Shown: one piece after another, positions 9,940-20,246 of the stretch
Position numbering within the stretch: position 1 is the stretch's first letter
Layout: every line of letters starts with the position of its first letter
Notes under the pieces: generated by a model
The model's input: the letters and a program-made list of their open reading frames with translations, nothing else
Database searches by the model: none
Told to the model about the DNA's origin: nothing
Assembly (NCBI GenBank): GCA_031385045.1
Contig: JANNBC010000007.1
Coordinates: 64,001-128,000, forward strand
DNA length: 64,000 nt
Reading direction: 5' to 3'
Origin: a bacterium
GTDB lineage: Bacteria; Bdellovibrionota_C; UBA2361; CALJRW01
Position numbers and translations under genes: made by a program

Positions 9940-10414
9940 ATAGTACTACATTACCACACAATTTGAACCTAGCTAGATATTTGATTCAAACTAGCGGGGA
10001 AACGTGTCAGGATTTATCTGATTTAGAATGATTGTTTTAATTCTCTCTCCTTGATTTATACTAAGGCAAGCTATCAATAGCAGTAAGCTATTCTTCATAA
10101 CTACCTCAATATATTCAGATTATTTCCATTTGGCAGGTATGAAAATATTAGGAAAGGTTGATATGACACTAAGGAAGTGAGACAAACTAAAAATTTAACA
10201 CAGAATATTTGCCACCAAACTTCTCAACCTAAAACATTAACTGCCAGTTTTTAATTTATCAAAAGACCAATCAAAGGGATTGTTGAACGAATAAATTTAT
10301 GACAGATCTTATTAGCTACTAAGACTTTGATTCAAAAGTATGTAGGCAATTTCAAATTAAATATTTTATTTGCTCCTAAGCCACAAAAAATTTCCAAGTA
10401 ATAAAGTCTAGATT

Positions 10415-11091
10415 ATGGGTTTTACAAACTTAATCACTACTCAAGATGCCGGTGAGCAAGGAAGATCTCGGGAACCGAAACTCTTAGAAATCTTAGAACG
10501 ACTAGAGCATGATCTTGCAACTCACACAATTGGTCTCTCTAGTTGTTCCTTTCCCAGACGAATTAATCACCTCAGCGCTGCTGAAGTTCAAGAAGGGATT
10601 AGTTCCGCCAGTGGGCCAGAAGGCGAACGACTACAATAATTTATGCTCGCTTAAAGGTTTCTGCTATTAAGGAAGTACAAGGCCTAACTGTTAGCACAAT
10701 TAAACATCTAACTACTCCAGAATTAGTAGATCTACATCCGGTTGTTTCTAAAGCAATTAATTGGATTGAAAATCAACCAGCCGGAGGATCTTTTAAAAAT
10801 TACTTTAGAAGCGAACTATTGCCGAGCTTTGCCAGATATTTACATTACATGAAAAACGAGATGTCTCGAGAGGATTTTTGCTCCGACTCCTTTGTTCAGA
10901 CAATACTTCATGTTCAACAAAAATTTTTTATGATTGATTCTTTAACTGAAGGCTCAATTCCCCAACTTTCTCCAAATGAACAGCAAAAGCTACAAAAAGT
11001 TCTAATAATCTCTCTAAGTAATAATCTAAAAGACTTCCGAGAAGGATTGGAGATCGAAGCAAGATATAGTGAATTCTCACCTGCCGCATAG
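10415..11091 (+). pseudogene. Hypothetical ~225-aa gene interrupted by a single-base frameshift near 10636 (or a sequencing error)
   Basis: ORF 10415-10639 stops at CTACAATAA; the frame of ORF 10819-11091 is open from 10603; one extra A gives ...ERLQIIYARLKV... Confidence 0.5.
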
Positions 11092-11347
11092 CAGTATCTG
11101 CTAAGAACCATTCAGCTTTTTTGCACATTCAAAAATTCTTGACCAAATCGTTTAGAGACAAATTTTTGCTCTGTCCTTGGAAACATAAAGCTGAGATTTT
11201 ATTGATCAAAAAACGAATAAACAGTATAATACGTCCAGCTGAATACTGAAATTACGGCCAGCTCCGAAATGGATCAAAGCCTGATGACAATACTCAATTT
11301 CCTCTTGGTTAGTTTTTATTGTCATTCACTCTAAATTATTTCTCAAA

Positions 11348-12214
11348 ATGCTTAAATCTGAATTCCTCCGTTGCCTCCTAGAACTCTCCAAGCCAAATAT
11401 TACTAAATTAGTCTTAGTAACATCAGGTATGGGATATTGCTTAGCGAGTAATGGACTCGGGGATCTCTCCACTCTATTTTTCACACTACTTGGTACAACA
11501 CTTACCTGTGGTGGCTCAGGTGCACTCAACAATTACATCGAACGTGACTATGATTGCCTCATGAAAAGAACAGCTTGTCGCCCATTACCCAGTGGACGAA
11601 TTAAACCAGCACAAGCCTTAGGGTTTGGTTTATTACTAGTATTAACAGGAACAGTAATCCTAGTATCAATGGTAAATTTACTTTCTGGATTTTTAGCATT
11701 ACTTACGGCTTTTCTTTATGTCTTAGTTTACACACCACTAAAAAGACTAACCTGGCTTAATACATTTATTGGTGCCATCCCTGGAGCGCTTCCACCACTA
11801 GGTGGCTGGGCAGCAGCTACGGGCGAGCTTGGAGCTGGCGGCTGGATACTTTTTACTATTTTATTCATTTGGCAAATGCCTCACTTCTATTCAATCGCTT
11901 GGATGTATCGCAATGACTATGCTCAAGCTGGTTATAAAATGATTACCTTGAATGATGACAATGGACAAAAAACTTTTAGTCAGATTATTTTTTTCTCACT
12001 TTTACTGTTAGTAGTTTCCTTTCTGCCAGTCTATTTGAAAAATGTAGGTTATATTTATGTAATCTCCGCTGCCTTACTTGGAGTTTATGTACTAGCCTAT
12101 GGTGTTGCTAGCTTTTTTGCTCGCTCTCATAAGTCGGCACGAGCATTACTTAGATCAACAATTATTTATTTACCATTATTACTAACATCGCTTTTAATTG
12201 ATTCATTTATCTAA
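11348..12214 (+). CDS. cyoE: Protoheme IX farnesyltransferase (heme O synthase)
   Basis: NNYIERDYDCLMKRTACRPLPSG, YTPLKR, GAIPGALPPLGGWAA, WQMPHF motifs. Confidence 0.95.
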   Translation: MLKSEFLRCLLELSKPNITKLVLVTSGMGYCLASNGLGDLSTLFFTLLGTTLTCGGSGALNNYIERDYDCLMKRTACRPLPSGRIKPAQALGFGLLLVLTGTVILVSMVNLLSGFLALLTAFLYVLVYTPLKRLTWLNTFIGAIPGALPPLGGWAAATGELGAGGWILFTILFIWQMPHFYSIAWMYRNDYAQAGYKMITLNDDNGQKTFSQIIFFSLLLLVVSFLPVYLKNVGYIYVISAALLGVYVLAYGVASFFARSHKSARALLRSTIIYLPLLLTSLLIDSFI

Positions 12215-13200
12215 TGACTACATTTAGAAAAATCCTTGCTCAAGTTCTTCCTTTTTGTGTCCTTTTTCTAATTCTTTTTGGTGCACTAGTGACTAGCCAC
12301 GGAGCAGGTCTATCTGTGCCTGATTGGCCAACAACCTTCAATGAAAATATGTTTACCTATCCAGTGCATAAATGGACTGGGGGTATTTTTTGGGAGCATG
12401 GACACCGCTTAATCGCCAGTGGTATCGGATTTCTAACCTTAACATTAACGATTTTGATTTTACTTACTGAAAAAAGAAAGTGGCTAAAAGTACTATCATG
12501 TTTTTCTTTACTTGCAGTAATTATGCAAGGCGTCCTTGGTGGCTTAACTGTACTTTATAAACTTCCCATTGCTGTCTCAACTGCCCATGCAGTTTTAGCT
12601 CAAAGCTTTTTAGTGATGACGATTGTGATGGCCTATAGTTATTCTAAAGAACTTCAAAATAAATTATTAGCAGGCAGTCAATTAAACTCTAAGTTATTAA
12701 AGTTTAGTATATTTGCCAGCAGTGCAATCTATTTGCAATTAGTTATTGGTGCCTTGATGCGACATAGTAGTGCCGGCTTAGCTGTTCCAGACTTCCCAAA
12801 GATGGGCGGAAGTTTCATCCCAAGTATTTCAACCGAGACAGTTGCCAATATTAATTTGCAACTCAACGTTTTAGGTTATGCGCCTGTTGATAGCTTACAA
12901 GTTCTGATCCACCTGATACATCGTTTTTGGGCACTTGCTGTAATCTTTAGTGTCATCATGTTAATTGGCTATATTTTGCTTAATTCTCAACAGATTGGCA
13001 AAAAATTAACTCGCCACGGGGCATGGATTGGTTGCCTAGTAATTTTGCAATTTGCCCTGGGAATCATCACGGTTCTAAGTCATAAAGATCCATTTATTAC
13101 TAGTTTTCATGTACTGTTAGGTGCCGGGCTACTTGGACTAACTTCCCTTTTAGCCATTCGCACCTATGCTTGCAAAGGATCAGAAAAGAATTCCAATTAA
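12214..13200 (+). CDS. ctaA: Heme A synthase (CtaA/COX15 family)
   Basis: GLSVPDWP, EHGHR, QGVLGGLTV, HLIHR motifs; abuts cyoE. Confidence 0.9.
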   Translation: MTTFRKILAQVLPFCVLFLILFGALVTSHGAGLSVPDWPTTFNENMFTYPVHKWTGGIFWEHGHRLIASGIGFLTLTLTILILLTEKRKWLKVLSCFSLLAVIMQGVLGGLTVLYKLPIAVSTAHAVLAQSFLVMTIVMAYSYSKELQNKLLAGSQLNSKLLKFSIFASSAIYLQLVIGALMRHSSAGLAVPDFPKMGGSFIPSISTETVANINLQLNVLGYAPVDSLQVLIHLIHRFWALAVIFSVIMLIGYILLNSQQIGKKLTRHGAWIGCLVILQFALGIITVLSHKDPFITSFHVLLGAGLLGLTSLLAIRTYACKGSEKNSN

Positions 13201-13246
13201 ATCTTTCTCAATTAGTTTATCGGAAAGCAATTCACAAATTAATCGA

Positions 13247-13780
13247 ATGAAACAATTACTTACTCTTCTTTTAATTAGCTTACTTATGACTAATTTAAGT
13301 TTAGCTGAAAACTTGATTCCAAATTTTAAATTCTTAAATCAGAGTCAAGAGATCGTGACTCCTCAAAAGCTCAGAGGTAAATACTGGGTTTTAAATTTCT
13401 TTTTTACTAGCTGTCCAAAGATTTGCCCAATGTTAAATGGTAAAGTTTTTGCGCTAAATCAAAAATTTAAGAATCATCCTAAACTTAATTTTCTTTCTGT
13501 TAGTGTCGATCCCGAAAGAGATACTTTTCCTGCCTTGCTAAAGTATGCAGAAACATTTCAAGCAGATCTAACTCGCTGGCAATTTGCCCGCGGAACCCTT
13601 GCGCAGGTTAATCAATTAGTAGCTGACTTAAAACTAGCGTCTGGGCCAACAATTGATCAACACAATGCTCGATTAACCCTAATCGATCCCGATGGAAAAA
13701 TAATTGGATATTACTCAGGATTAGATCAAGCTGGCTTTCAAGTCTTAGATCAAAAACTAACTGAAATATTTCCTGAGTGA
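13247..13780 (+). CDS. SCO1/SenC copper chaperone
   Basis: FFFTSCPKICP (CxxxC), SVDPERDT, conserved His; ATG 13247 preferred over 13166 because it begins a signal/anchor helix. Confidence 0.9.
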   Translation: MKQLLTLLLISLLMTNLSLAENLIPNFKFLNQSQEIVTPQKLRGKYWVLNFFFTSCPKICPMLNGKVFALNQKFKNHPKLNFLSVSVDPERDTFPALLKYAETFQADLTRWQFARGTLAQVNQLVADLKLASGPTIDQHNARLTLIDPDGKIIGYYSGLDQAGFQVLDQKLTEIFPE

Positions 13781-13835
13781 TCTAATACTATTTCCCTCTG
13801 TTCCTAGGATTAACATTTAGAGTAAGATTCTTGCT

Positions 13836-15281
13836 GTGAATCAACAAAATATCAATTTTAGAATAATTAACTGGCTAATATTTCTTCTGGCATTAATTCC
13901 AACTTCTTATTGCTTTGGGCCAAGCCTGTCTAACCAGAATGCCCGCCTCCTACCTATCTATGCAGTAGTCGAAAGAGACTTTAGCCTTCCCCTCTTTAGC
14001 ATTGATAACTTTATGTTTGAGACTAATGCTTATGTTGGAACAATCGATTGGTCTAGCAACGCTGGTCATTATTACTCCAACAAATCGCCCGGAGGTATTC
14101 TTCTTGGAATTCCACCATACTACCTTGCTTATCAATTAGAATCATTTCTAGCTCTTAGTCCAGACCAACCTCAGATTGCTTATTTCAATGCTTATCTAAT
14201 TAATTTTTTTGTTTCTGTAATTCCATTTGCATTTTCTGCAATGGCTTTTTACGCCCTATTGCAGTCTTGGGGGCAAGCCAAAAAAAGAGCACTCGCGCTT
14301 ACACTAATTTATATTTTTGCCACTCCTTTCATCGCCTACAATCAAACAATGTGGGGCACTAATACCTTAACAAGCTTTTTAGTGATCAGTCTGTACTACC
14401 TAAGAAGAGAAGCTAGTAGACCTATCCTTGCGGGAATCTTTCTAGGCCTAGCCCTACAAATGGACTATTTAGCATTTATTGCGGTTGGTACAATCCTGCT
14501 ATGGTTAATTTTAGAGCAGGGCAAAAAAAGCCTTCCTACAATAATTAGCTACTCTGTAGTTGTGGGGCTAATGCTAATTTATCAATACCACTGCTTTGGT
14601 TCTATTTTTAAATCTACTAAATCTAATGGCAATCCAGCATTTGAGAATCCCGACTTGATTCTAGGATTTTTTTCAACTCCCTCTTTTTCTGTTATTTGGT
14701 CCTTACTATTTTCACTGCAGAAAGGAATGATCCTATTTATGCCAATCTTTTTGTTTACAATCATCGGGCTCTACTACTGGCTAAAAAGAAATCCTAGAGA
14801 TACTTTACTCTGGATCTCTGTAGTTAATATTATAGCTTACCTGATGTTTATATCGACCTTTAATGGTTGGCATGGAGGTGCTACAACCTTTCCCCGCTAT
14901 CTAATACCCTGTTTGATTTTTTGGCTTATTCCACTAAAAGAATGTCTAGTCCAATTTAAGTGGCCAGTATTTCTTCTAGCTACATTTAGTGCTTTCAACT
15001 CCTTAGTTTTATCGGCGATCTCTCCTATTTCACCCGATCTACACCCAAATCCACTGTATGATTTTAGCTACAAATTATTTTTCAGTGGGAAATTAGCGCC
15101 AATCAAATATCCTATTCGCCTGCAAGGCCTAGATCCCAACTTTGCTAACTACCAGAATCTATCAAGTGGAAACATCGGACAATTATTAGGACTTTCTGGA
15201 ATTACTAGCTTAATCCCCTTATTATTAATTATTGGCTTGATCGCTTTTATCCTCTATAAAAGATTGAATGTCGAAAATTAA
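13836..15281 (+). CDS. Multi-pass membrane protein, GT-C-type (PMT/ArnT-like) glycosyltransferase
   Basis: About 11 hydrophobic segments; YYSNKSPG loop and WHGGATTFPRYLIP motif. Confidence 0.6.
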   Translation: MNQQNINFRIINWLIFLLALIPTSYCFGPSLSNQNARLLPIYAVVERDFSLPLFSIDNFMFETNAYVGTIDWSSNAGHYYSNKSPGGILLGIPPYYLAYQLESFLALSPDQPQIAYFNAYLINFFVSVIPFAFSAMAFYALLQSWGQAKKRALALTLIYIFATPFIAYNQTMWGTNTLTSFLVISLYYLRREASRPILAGIFLGLALQMDYLAFIAVGTILLWLILEQGKKSLPTIISYSVVVGLMLIYQYHCFGSIFKSTKSNGNPAFENPDLILGFFSTPSFSVIWSLLFSLQKGMILFMPIFLFTIIGLYYWLKRNPRDTLLWISVVNIIAYLMFISTFNGWHGGATTFPRYLIPCLIFWLIPLKECLVQFKWPVFLLATFSAFNSLVLSAISPISPDLHPNPLYDFSYKLFFSGKLAPIKYPIRLQGLDPNFANYQNLSSGNIGQLLGLSGITSLIPLLLIIGLIAFILYKRLNVEN

Positions 15282-16644
15282 TCTTCTTACACTTCTTTGT
15301 ATCGTTGTTTTTTATTGCTTCCTACCTGGCAATATTAGTTGGCTAAATGACGAGCCAGTTCTAATTTGGAATGCACTCCACTGGAATGAGGTTAACGGCA
15401 TTGCCAAGATTGGCTTGTTTGGATCGAAGGCAATTCCTTTTGGGGCGGTACCAACGATTATCTATCAATTCCTATTATTAATTTCAGCAAATAATTTAAT
15501 TACAGTAGTGATTCTGAAAGCTATTTTTTTCGTTTTAATTATTTACTATTCTACTCTACAAATTTGTAAAACTTTAAATTTCAACCGCAACCTTGCCTTT
15601 ATCCCCTTGCTCTCTCCATTTGTTTTTCATTATTCGCGAATCCTTTGGGATAACTGTTTTATCCTGCCAATCGCCTTTTTGACTTTCTCTCTTGTTTTAG
15701 AACAAATCAATCAGCCAACTAGGCGTAAATTAATAGTTCTTTTTTTTCTATCTACAATTTTAATCCAAATTCACCTAACAAGTTTTTTGCTGATTATTCC
15801 CTGTGCGATTTTTTTACTTTTCAAACAGTCGAAATGGTTTATTGAAAATATTACGCTAACAGCACTTGCTGTCTTGGCATCCTTCCTAATTAACTATCCA
15901 TATTTTCATCTTTTAATAAATGAACTACCTAATGAAATTATCAATGATCAAAGTTCTAAATTAAACTTTGTTGCTTCCGGATTTTATTACTTTTCAGGGT
16001 GGAACTTCTTTGAGACATTTCTAAATGAAGTTCTTAGTTCATATTTAGGGTTATCTGCTATCATCGCTCGAATGATTAGCATTTTAGCTATTGGATTTTA
16101 TCTATTTTATGTATTTCTACAATTTTGTTCTAATCTACCAAACAAGATAGATCCGCTAATCCAGCTCTCACTAACTATTCTAATCGGAGCAACAATCATT
16201 GCTTATTTTGGTAATTTAGAATCATTCCCGCACTATCTTAACGCCCTCGCACCTGTGTATGCCGTGCTAATTATTTATGGAATGAATCTAATCCTCAGTT
16301 ACCATTTAGCAGGCATCGTTAATATTCTTTACGTCAGCAATATGATTGCCCTATCTCTTATCTTTCAAATTTATATCTGGCAGTTTAACGGCAACAAGTC
16401 CGCCAATTTTGGAGCAACACTTAGCAATCAAATTGCCGTTATGAAAGAAATTAAGCTTTCTGGTCAAAATCCAGAATTAATTACAACGGTAAAACAGTAC
16501 CAATATTTTCCTTATAGTTACCAAACATTACTGAAAATATTGCCCGAAACAAATCCTGAACTATCAAAAGAAAAGATTTATGTTGTTTACGCCGATTCGC
16601 AATCTGATGATGGTCGAATTATTGCTATAAAAAAGTTGCATTAA
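15268..16644 (+). CDS. Multi-pass membrane protein, GT-C-type glycosyltransferase
   Basis: N-terminal TM then WLNDEP acidic motif; SRILWD; PHYL; many TM segments. Confidence 0.6.
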   Translation: MSKINLLTLLCIVVFYCFLPGNISWLNDEPVLIWNALHWNEVNGIAKIGLFGSKAIPFGAVPTIIYQFLLLISANNLITVVILKAIFFVLIIYYSTLQICKTLNFNRNLAFIPLLSPFVFHYSRILWDNCFILPIAFLTFSLVLEQINQPTRRKLIVLFFLSTILIQIHLTSFLLIIPCAIFLLFKQSKWFIENITLTALAVLASFLINYPYFHLLINELPNEIINDQSSKLNFVASGFYYFSGWNFFETFLNEVLSSYLGLSAIIARMISILAIGFYLFYVFLQFCSNLPNKIDPLIQLSLTILIGATIIAYFGNLESFPHYLNALAPVYAVLIIYGMNLILSYHLAGIVNILYVSNMIALSLIFQIYIWQFNGNKSANFGATLSNQIAVMKEIKLSGQNPELITTVKQYQYFPYSYQTLLKILPETNPELSKEKIYVVYADSQSDDGRIIAIKKLH

Positions 16645-16696
16645 CTAGATAACTCTTATAACTGTAATTATATTAATACAAAAAACAATTTCCGAT

Positions 16697-16795
16697 GAAG
16701 TGACCCTAGGGTCGCGCGTTCTTCAATCCTTATTCTAAATGCATTGAAGCTATGAAAAACAAATATACTAAAACCTCATGGGTTTTGGTATATAT
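16697..16795. repeat. Degenerate hairpin elements related to the 44.3-44.7 kb repeat, between convergent genes
   Basis: GAAGTGACCCTAGGGTCGC (16697-16715) and palindrome ATATACTAAAACC-tcatg-GGTTTTGGTATAT (16763-16793). Confidence 0.6.
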
Positions 16796-16868
16796 TTATC
16801 GATCCTCATTTTTTTTGCAAAGAATATTAGAGAGGTTCTATGGAAGAGTCTCTAGCAATTAACTTGAT

Positions 16869-17390
16869 TTAAGGACTAGGAGGAGTAGCTGGGTATATAC
16901 AAATCTCTACAGCAGGCATTGGATATCCCGTTTGAATCACGCCTGTAACAGAAGAAAACCGGTAGGTGTGAAAATAAGTCTGAGCTCTGGCTGCCCGAAG
17001 CGCCGAAGGAGCTGTGCGATATGTACCTTTATTATTATAGGTCGTAATAAAATAAACCCCGGCGGTTGAACTACAAGACACTAAACGCACATTTTCAGTA
17101 TGTGTGTATCCTGGGATATCACCACCATAATTGTGCGTAGTTAGGTCAGTATCGTACATAAAAGAAAAAATACTTTGTTGAGTTGAATCAGCAAACCTCG
17201 CATTTATCCCCGTACGAGCATTATATAGAGATGTTATTGCAACTAAATCATTAGCATTGCGTCGATATTCTTGATACTGTGAGACAGCAAGGCCTGCCAT
17301 AATTGAGGTGATCGCAACTGTCACTAGAAGTTCAACAAGACTAAATCCTTTCATATGTCGACTAAATTCGTCTGATCGATAATTTTTCAT
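16869..17390 (-). CDS. Type IV pilin/pseudopilin-like protein
   Basis: Class III signal KG|FSLVELLVTVAITSIMAGLAV with E+5; start may be 17390 or 17354. Confidence 0.85.
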   Translation of the reverse strand: MKNYRSDEFSRHMKGFSLVELLVTVAITSIMAGLAVSQYQEYRRNANDLVAITSLYNARTGINARFADSTQQSIFSFMYDTDLTTHNYGGDIPGYTHTENVRLVSCSSTAGVYFITTYNNKGTYRTAPSALRAARAQTYFHTYRFSSVTGVIQTGYPMPAVEICIYPATPPSP

Positions 17391-17637
17391 TAGAAAAAGA
17401 AGGGAATTTTCCAAGAAATATACCTTCTTACCGATACTGATTGATCACATTACCAAAAACGTTGTGCAGTTTACATATAACGCTAATGCTAAGATTAAAT
17501 CATACCTTAAGATGTATGAAAAACCATTGAGAAACATCTTAAGTTCTATTTATAATTTATTGATTAACCTTCCAAAGCTTACTTCAGAACAAGTTCGCTA
17601 ATAACAGATTATTGAAATGAATCTGTTTATTTGAAAT

Positions 17638-17671
17638 AAAAAAAAGGGCGATAACCGACTTGTTATCGCCC
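17638..17671 (-). terminator. Rho-independent terminator
   Basis: GGGCGATAAC-6 nt-GTTATCGCCC stem followed by 8 T on the minus strand. Confidence 0.85.
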
Positions 17672-17704
17672 CCAACTCGCAGAAAGGATGGTGTCATGCC
17701 TTAC
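17638..17704 (-). ncRNA. Candidate small RNA with anti-Shine-Dalgarno sequence
   Basis: Sigma28-like promoter at 17712-17738, CCAUCCUUUCU segment, own terminator. Confidence 0.45.
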
Positions 17705-17711
17705 AAATGAA

Positions 17712-17738
17712 CTATCGGCAGATAATTTAAAAACATTA
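17712..17738 (-). promoter_or_regulatory. Sigma28/FliA-like promoter
   Basis: TAATGTTT-N11-GCCGATAG versus consensus TAAAGTTT-N11-GCCGATAA. Confidence 0.6.
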
Positions 17739-17806
17739 GTCACTGAATAAAAAAATTATTTTTCTTTACGCGCAAAGGATCAATCATAAGCCCTTGAAAA
17801 TCCTAG

Positions 17807-19375
17807 TTATTGAGGCTTCTTCAGATGTATTACTGCAACCCCAGGATCATTATTTAAGATCTCTAGCTTCCAACCTCGATCCTCAAAGTATCGAAAATAG
17901 AACTCTGGAATTGGTAGTGCTTGCCTTTTAGGGCTGGTTGCAATGGCACTAGTATAAATTAAAAAATCTTTTTTAGAATTGATTATTGGAGAGATTTGCT
18001 GACTAAAGTAATCAGCGTAAATCTTATTGTCCAGGTTGGGGGGCAGTAAATAACGCCTTTGGTTGGAAATTGGATAAACCCTTAAGTAGCTAAAGAAATA
18101 TGCGGCCTTCTGCGGATCTAGATAAAGTTTGGGATCGTAGGATTCAACTAATCCTGGATTAAATAAGATTGGTAATTCTGGCTGATTTAATTGATTGATA
18201 ATCTTCGCCGCTTCGGCAAAGTTTGGTAGTCGATAGGAATTAATTTTCTCATTCCAAACTAACTCCGAAGAAAAGATCAGCCCACAACAAAGTAGTAATA
18301 TTTCAGATCTCTTCTCAACTAAGCGCAATAGCAATGCAACAAAGATGCCACCAAAAATGATATACCAAAAATAATAACGATAAACATAAACCTGTAGACC
18401 CAAGATTTCTTTCAGTAAGTAATAGATGAGTGGTAACCCCAAGAAGATCAATCCAGAAAATGTAATTAGCTGAGATGGTTTTTTAATTAGTTTTTTTAAT
18501 TTAAAAAATAGAGTACTAATTGTTATTTCTTTAATTGTCATTCCGATCACAATTAGGAATAAGACTGTCAGCGAAATAGGTAATGTCTTAAAAAATATGA
18601 GCTGCGGGAAAAATAAACTTTGATCAGACTCTAATGTCTGTGCCCAACTACTAGAATTATTAATAATTTCTAAGTAATGTGGAATGAATAAACACATCAA
18701 TAACAACAAGACAAAATTAAATAACAATATTCTCTTCCCCTCGGAACTTCTAAAATTATAAAAATAATAATGAGCAAGGGTCATCATCCAAAAAGCCATG
18801 AAAAAATAATGGCACACTGTTGCTAAGAAAAATGTTACAAAACAAATTTTTAATTCACTTAAAGATCTTTCTACCCCCGTGTTGTTCTGTAGCGATTTAA
18901 GATAATAATAGCTACCAATTGCTAGGAAAGTAGCTACTAAACTATAAGGCCTAATTGGCAAAATTGCTAAAGCAAACTGCGACTTAATTCCAATAATCAT
19001 GCCCAGAACAATTACTGTTATTAAGAGTGAAAAATGTATCCGCAATAATCTATAAAGAAATCCTAAAGTTATAAAAAATAGTAATACTGAAAATAGCTTT
19101 AATGCCGTTGGGGAAATATTACTAATTAAATCTGACCAAATTTTAATTATGTAAAAATATGCTGGCGAAGAACCTTGATTTAAAAAAACCTCTCTCACTA
19201 ATCCCTGATAATCAAGGCTAACTAACCAAGCTGTGATTGACTCATCAATTAAGAGCGGTTTGAAAATTGAAAAGTTAAAACTGAAAAGGAAAAGGAAAAG
19301 GCCTGAATTAAGAAAAAGGATCATCAAAAGGAATTTGGTAGCTAAAGTTTTAGAATAGCTACTCATCTTAATCAT
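17807..19375 (-). CDS. GT-C-type (family 39-like) membrane glycosyltransferase
   Basis: LLIDES acidic motif, SPAYFYIIKIW, RPYS, RYYFW; about 11 TM segments and a soluble C-terminal domain. Confidence 0.65.
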   Translation of the reverse strand: MIKMSSYSKTLATKFLLMILFLNSGLFLFLFSFNFSIFKPLLIDESITAWLVSLDYQGLVREVFLNQGSSPAYFYIIKIWSDLISNISPTALKLFSVLLFFITLGFLYRLLRIHFSLLITVIVLGMIIGIKSQFALAILPIRPYSLVATFLAIGSYYYLKSLQNNTGVERSLSELKICFVTFFLATVCHYFFMAFWMMTLAHYYFYNFRSSEGKRILLFNFVLLLLMCLFIPHYLEIINNSSSWAQTLESDQSLFFPQLIFFKTLPISLTVLFLIVIGMTIKEITISTLFFKLKKLIKKPSQLITFSGLIFLGLPLIYYLLKEILGLQVYVYRYYFWYIIFGGIFVALLLRLVEKRSEILLLCCGLIFSSELVWNEKINSYRLPNFAEAAKIINQLNQPELPILFNPGLVESYDPKLYLDPQKAAYFFSYLRVYPISNQRRYLLPPNLDNKIYADYFSQQISPIINSKKDFLIYTSAIATSPKRQALPIPEFYFRYFEDRGWKLEILNNDPGVAVIHLKKPQ

Positions 19376-20121
19376 GCTTTTTGATGTAGATTAACAAAAT
19401 CTCTAAATTTACCAATAATCTCAGGTGAAGTAACCTTAAGCAAATCAACATGTTTAATTGCAGGTAATAACATTAATTCCTTAATGCCAATTTTATGTTG
19501 ATATAAATTTTCACTCATCGTGAAAGGAATTACCTCATCTTCTATTCCGTGAAAAAACAAGATGGGAGTCTGAATATTGGCAACTTTACGTAAAGAGTCA
19601 AAGCGCGGCTCGATAAATCTCCAAAGTGGTAATCGGGGATATAAATACTTAGCCATTTCAATATTATTTGAGATTGTTGAATCTATTACTCCACAACACA
19701 CTGGGTACTTAGTAAGGCCTTCAATTGCAATTGCCCCACCTAATGATATGCCATGAAGCACTATTCGAGAATACTTAAAATTAAGTTCCTGATGCACAAA
19801 TTTCATCACTAAATCTAGTGCTTGATAGCAACCTGCTTCGCTAGGTTTACCAGCGGACTGACCATAACCTGGATAATCAAATAAGACATACGAAAATCTT
19901 GTTTGATTATAAAAATCATAAACTCCATTCAAATTTGAAATATTAGAAGCATTACCATGGCAATTAATTACCATAACTGGAGAGTCAACTAACTTATAGG
20001 AAATAGAAATTTTATGCTCAGGACTTGTTAAGAACTTTATCTGGCAATCTGCAGGAATCCTACTGACATCATAATCAGGATTAGGCTTAAAGGTAATACG
20101 ATCTTGAATATAATTAAACAC
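19372..20121 (-). CDS. Alpha/beta hydrolase (ABHD13/17-like)
   Basis: HGNA, DYPGYGQS, GISLGG nucleophile elbow, HGIEDEVIP, C-terminal His. Confidence 0.9.
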   Translation of the reverse strand: MFNYIQDRITFKPNPDYDVSRIPADCQIKFLTSPEHKISISYKLVDSPVMVINCHGNASNISNLNGVYDFYNQTRFSYVLFDYPGYGQSAGKPSEAGCYQALDLVMKFVHQELNFKYSRIVLHGISLGGAIAIEGLTKYPVCCGVIDSTISNNIEMAKYLYPRLPLWRFIEPRFDSLRKVANIQTPILFFHGIEDEVIPFTMSENLYQHKIGIKELMLLPAIKHVDLLKVTSPEIIGKFRDFVNLHQKA

Positions 20122-20209
20122 GGAATTAAATCGAGATTACTTGCTAATGAATTTTTAACAGTTTTAAATAATATTAGAAATGAAACTGTGGAAGGGATTA
20201 AATGATAAA

Positions 20210-20236
20210 CTGAGGAGTATGTAACATACTCCTCAG
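20210..20236 (-). terminator. Hairpin, probable terminator of the RGG-rich gene
   Basis: Perfect inverted repeat CTGAGGAGTATGT-N-ACATACTCCTCAG 10 nt after the stop, followed by TTTATCATTT on the minus strand. Confidence 0.65.
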
Positions 20237-20246
20237 CAATCAACTA

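Noticed and set aside
20037..20243. 68-aa ORF overlapping the hydrolase start
   Set aside because: Spans a terminator hairpin and overlaps the hydrolase out of frame; no motif.
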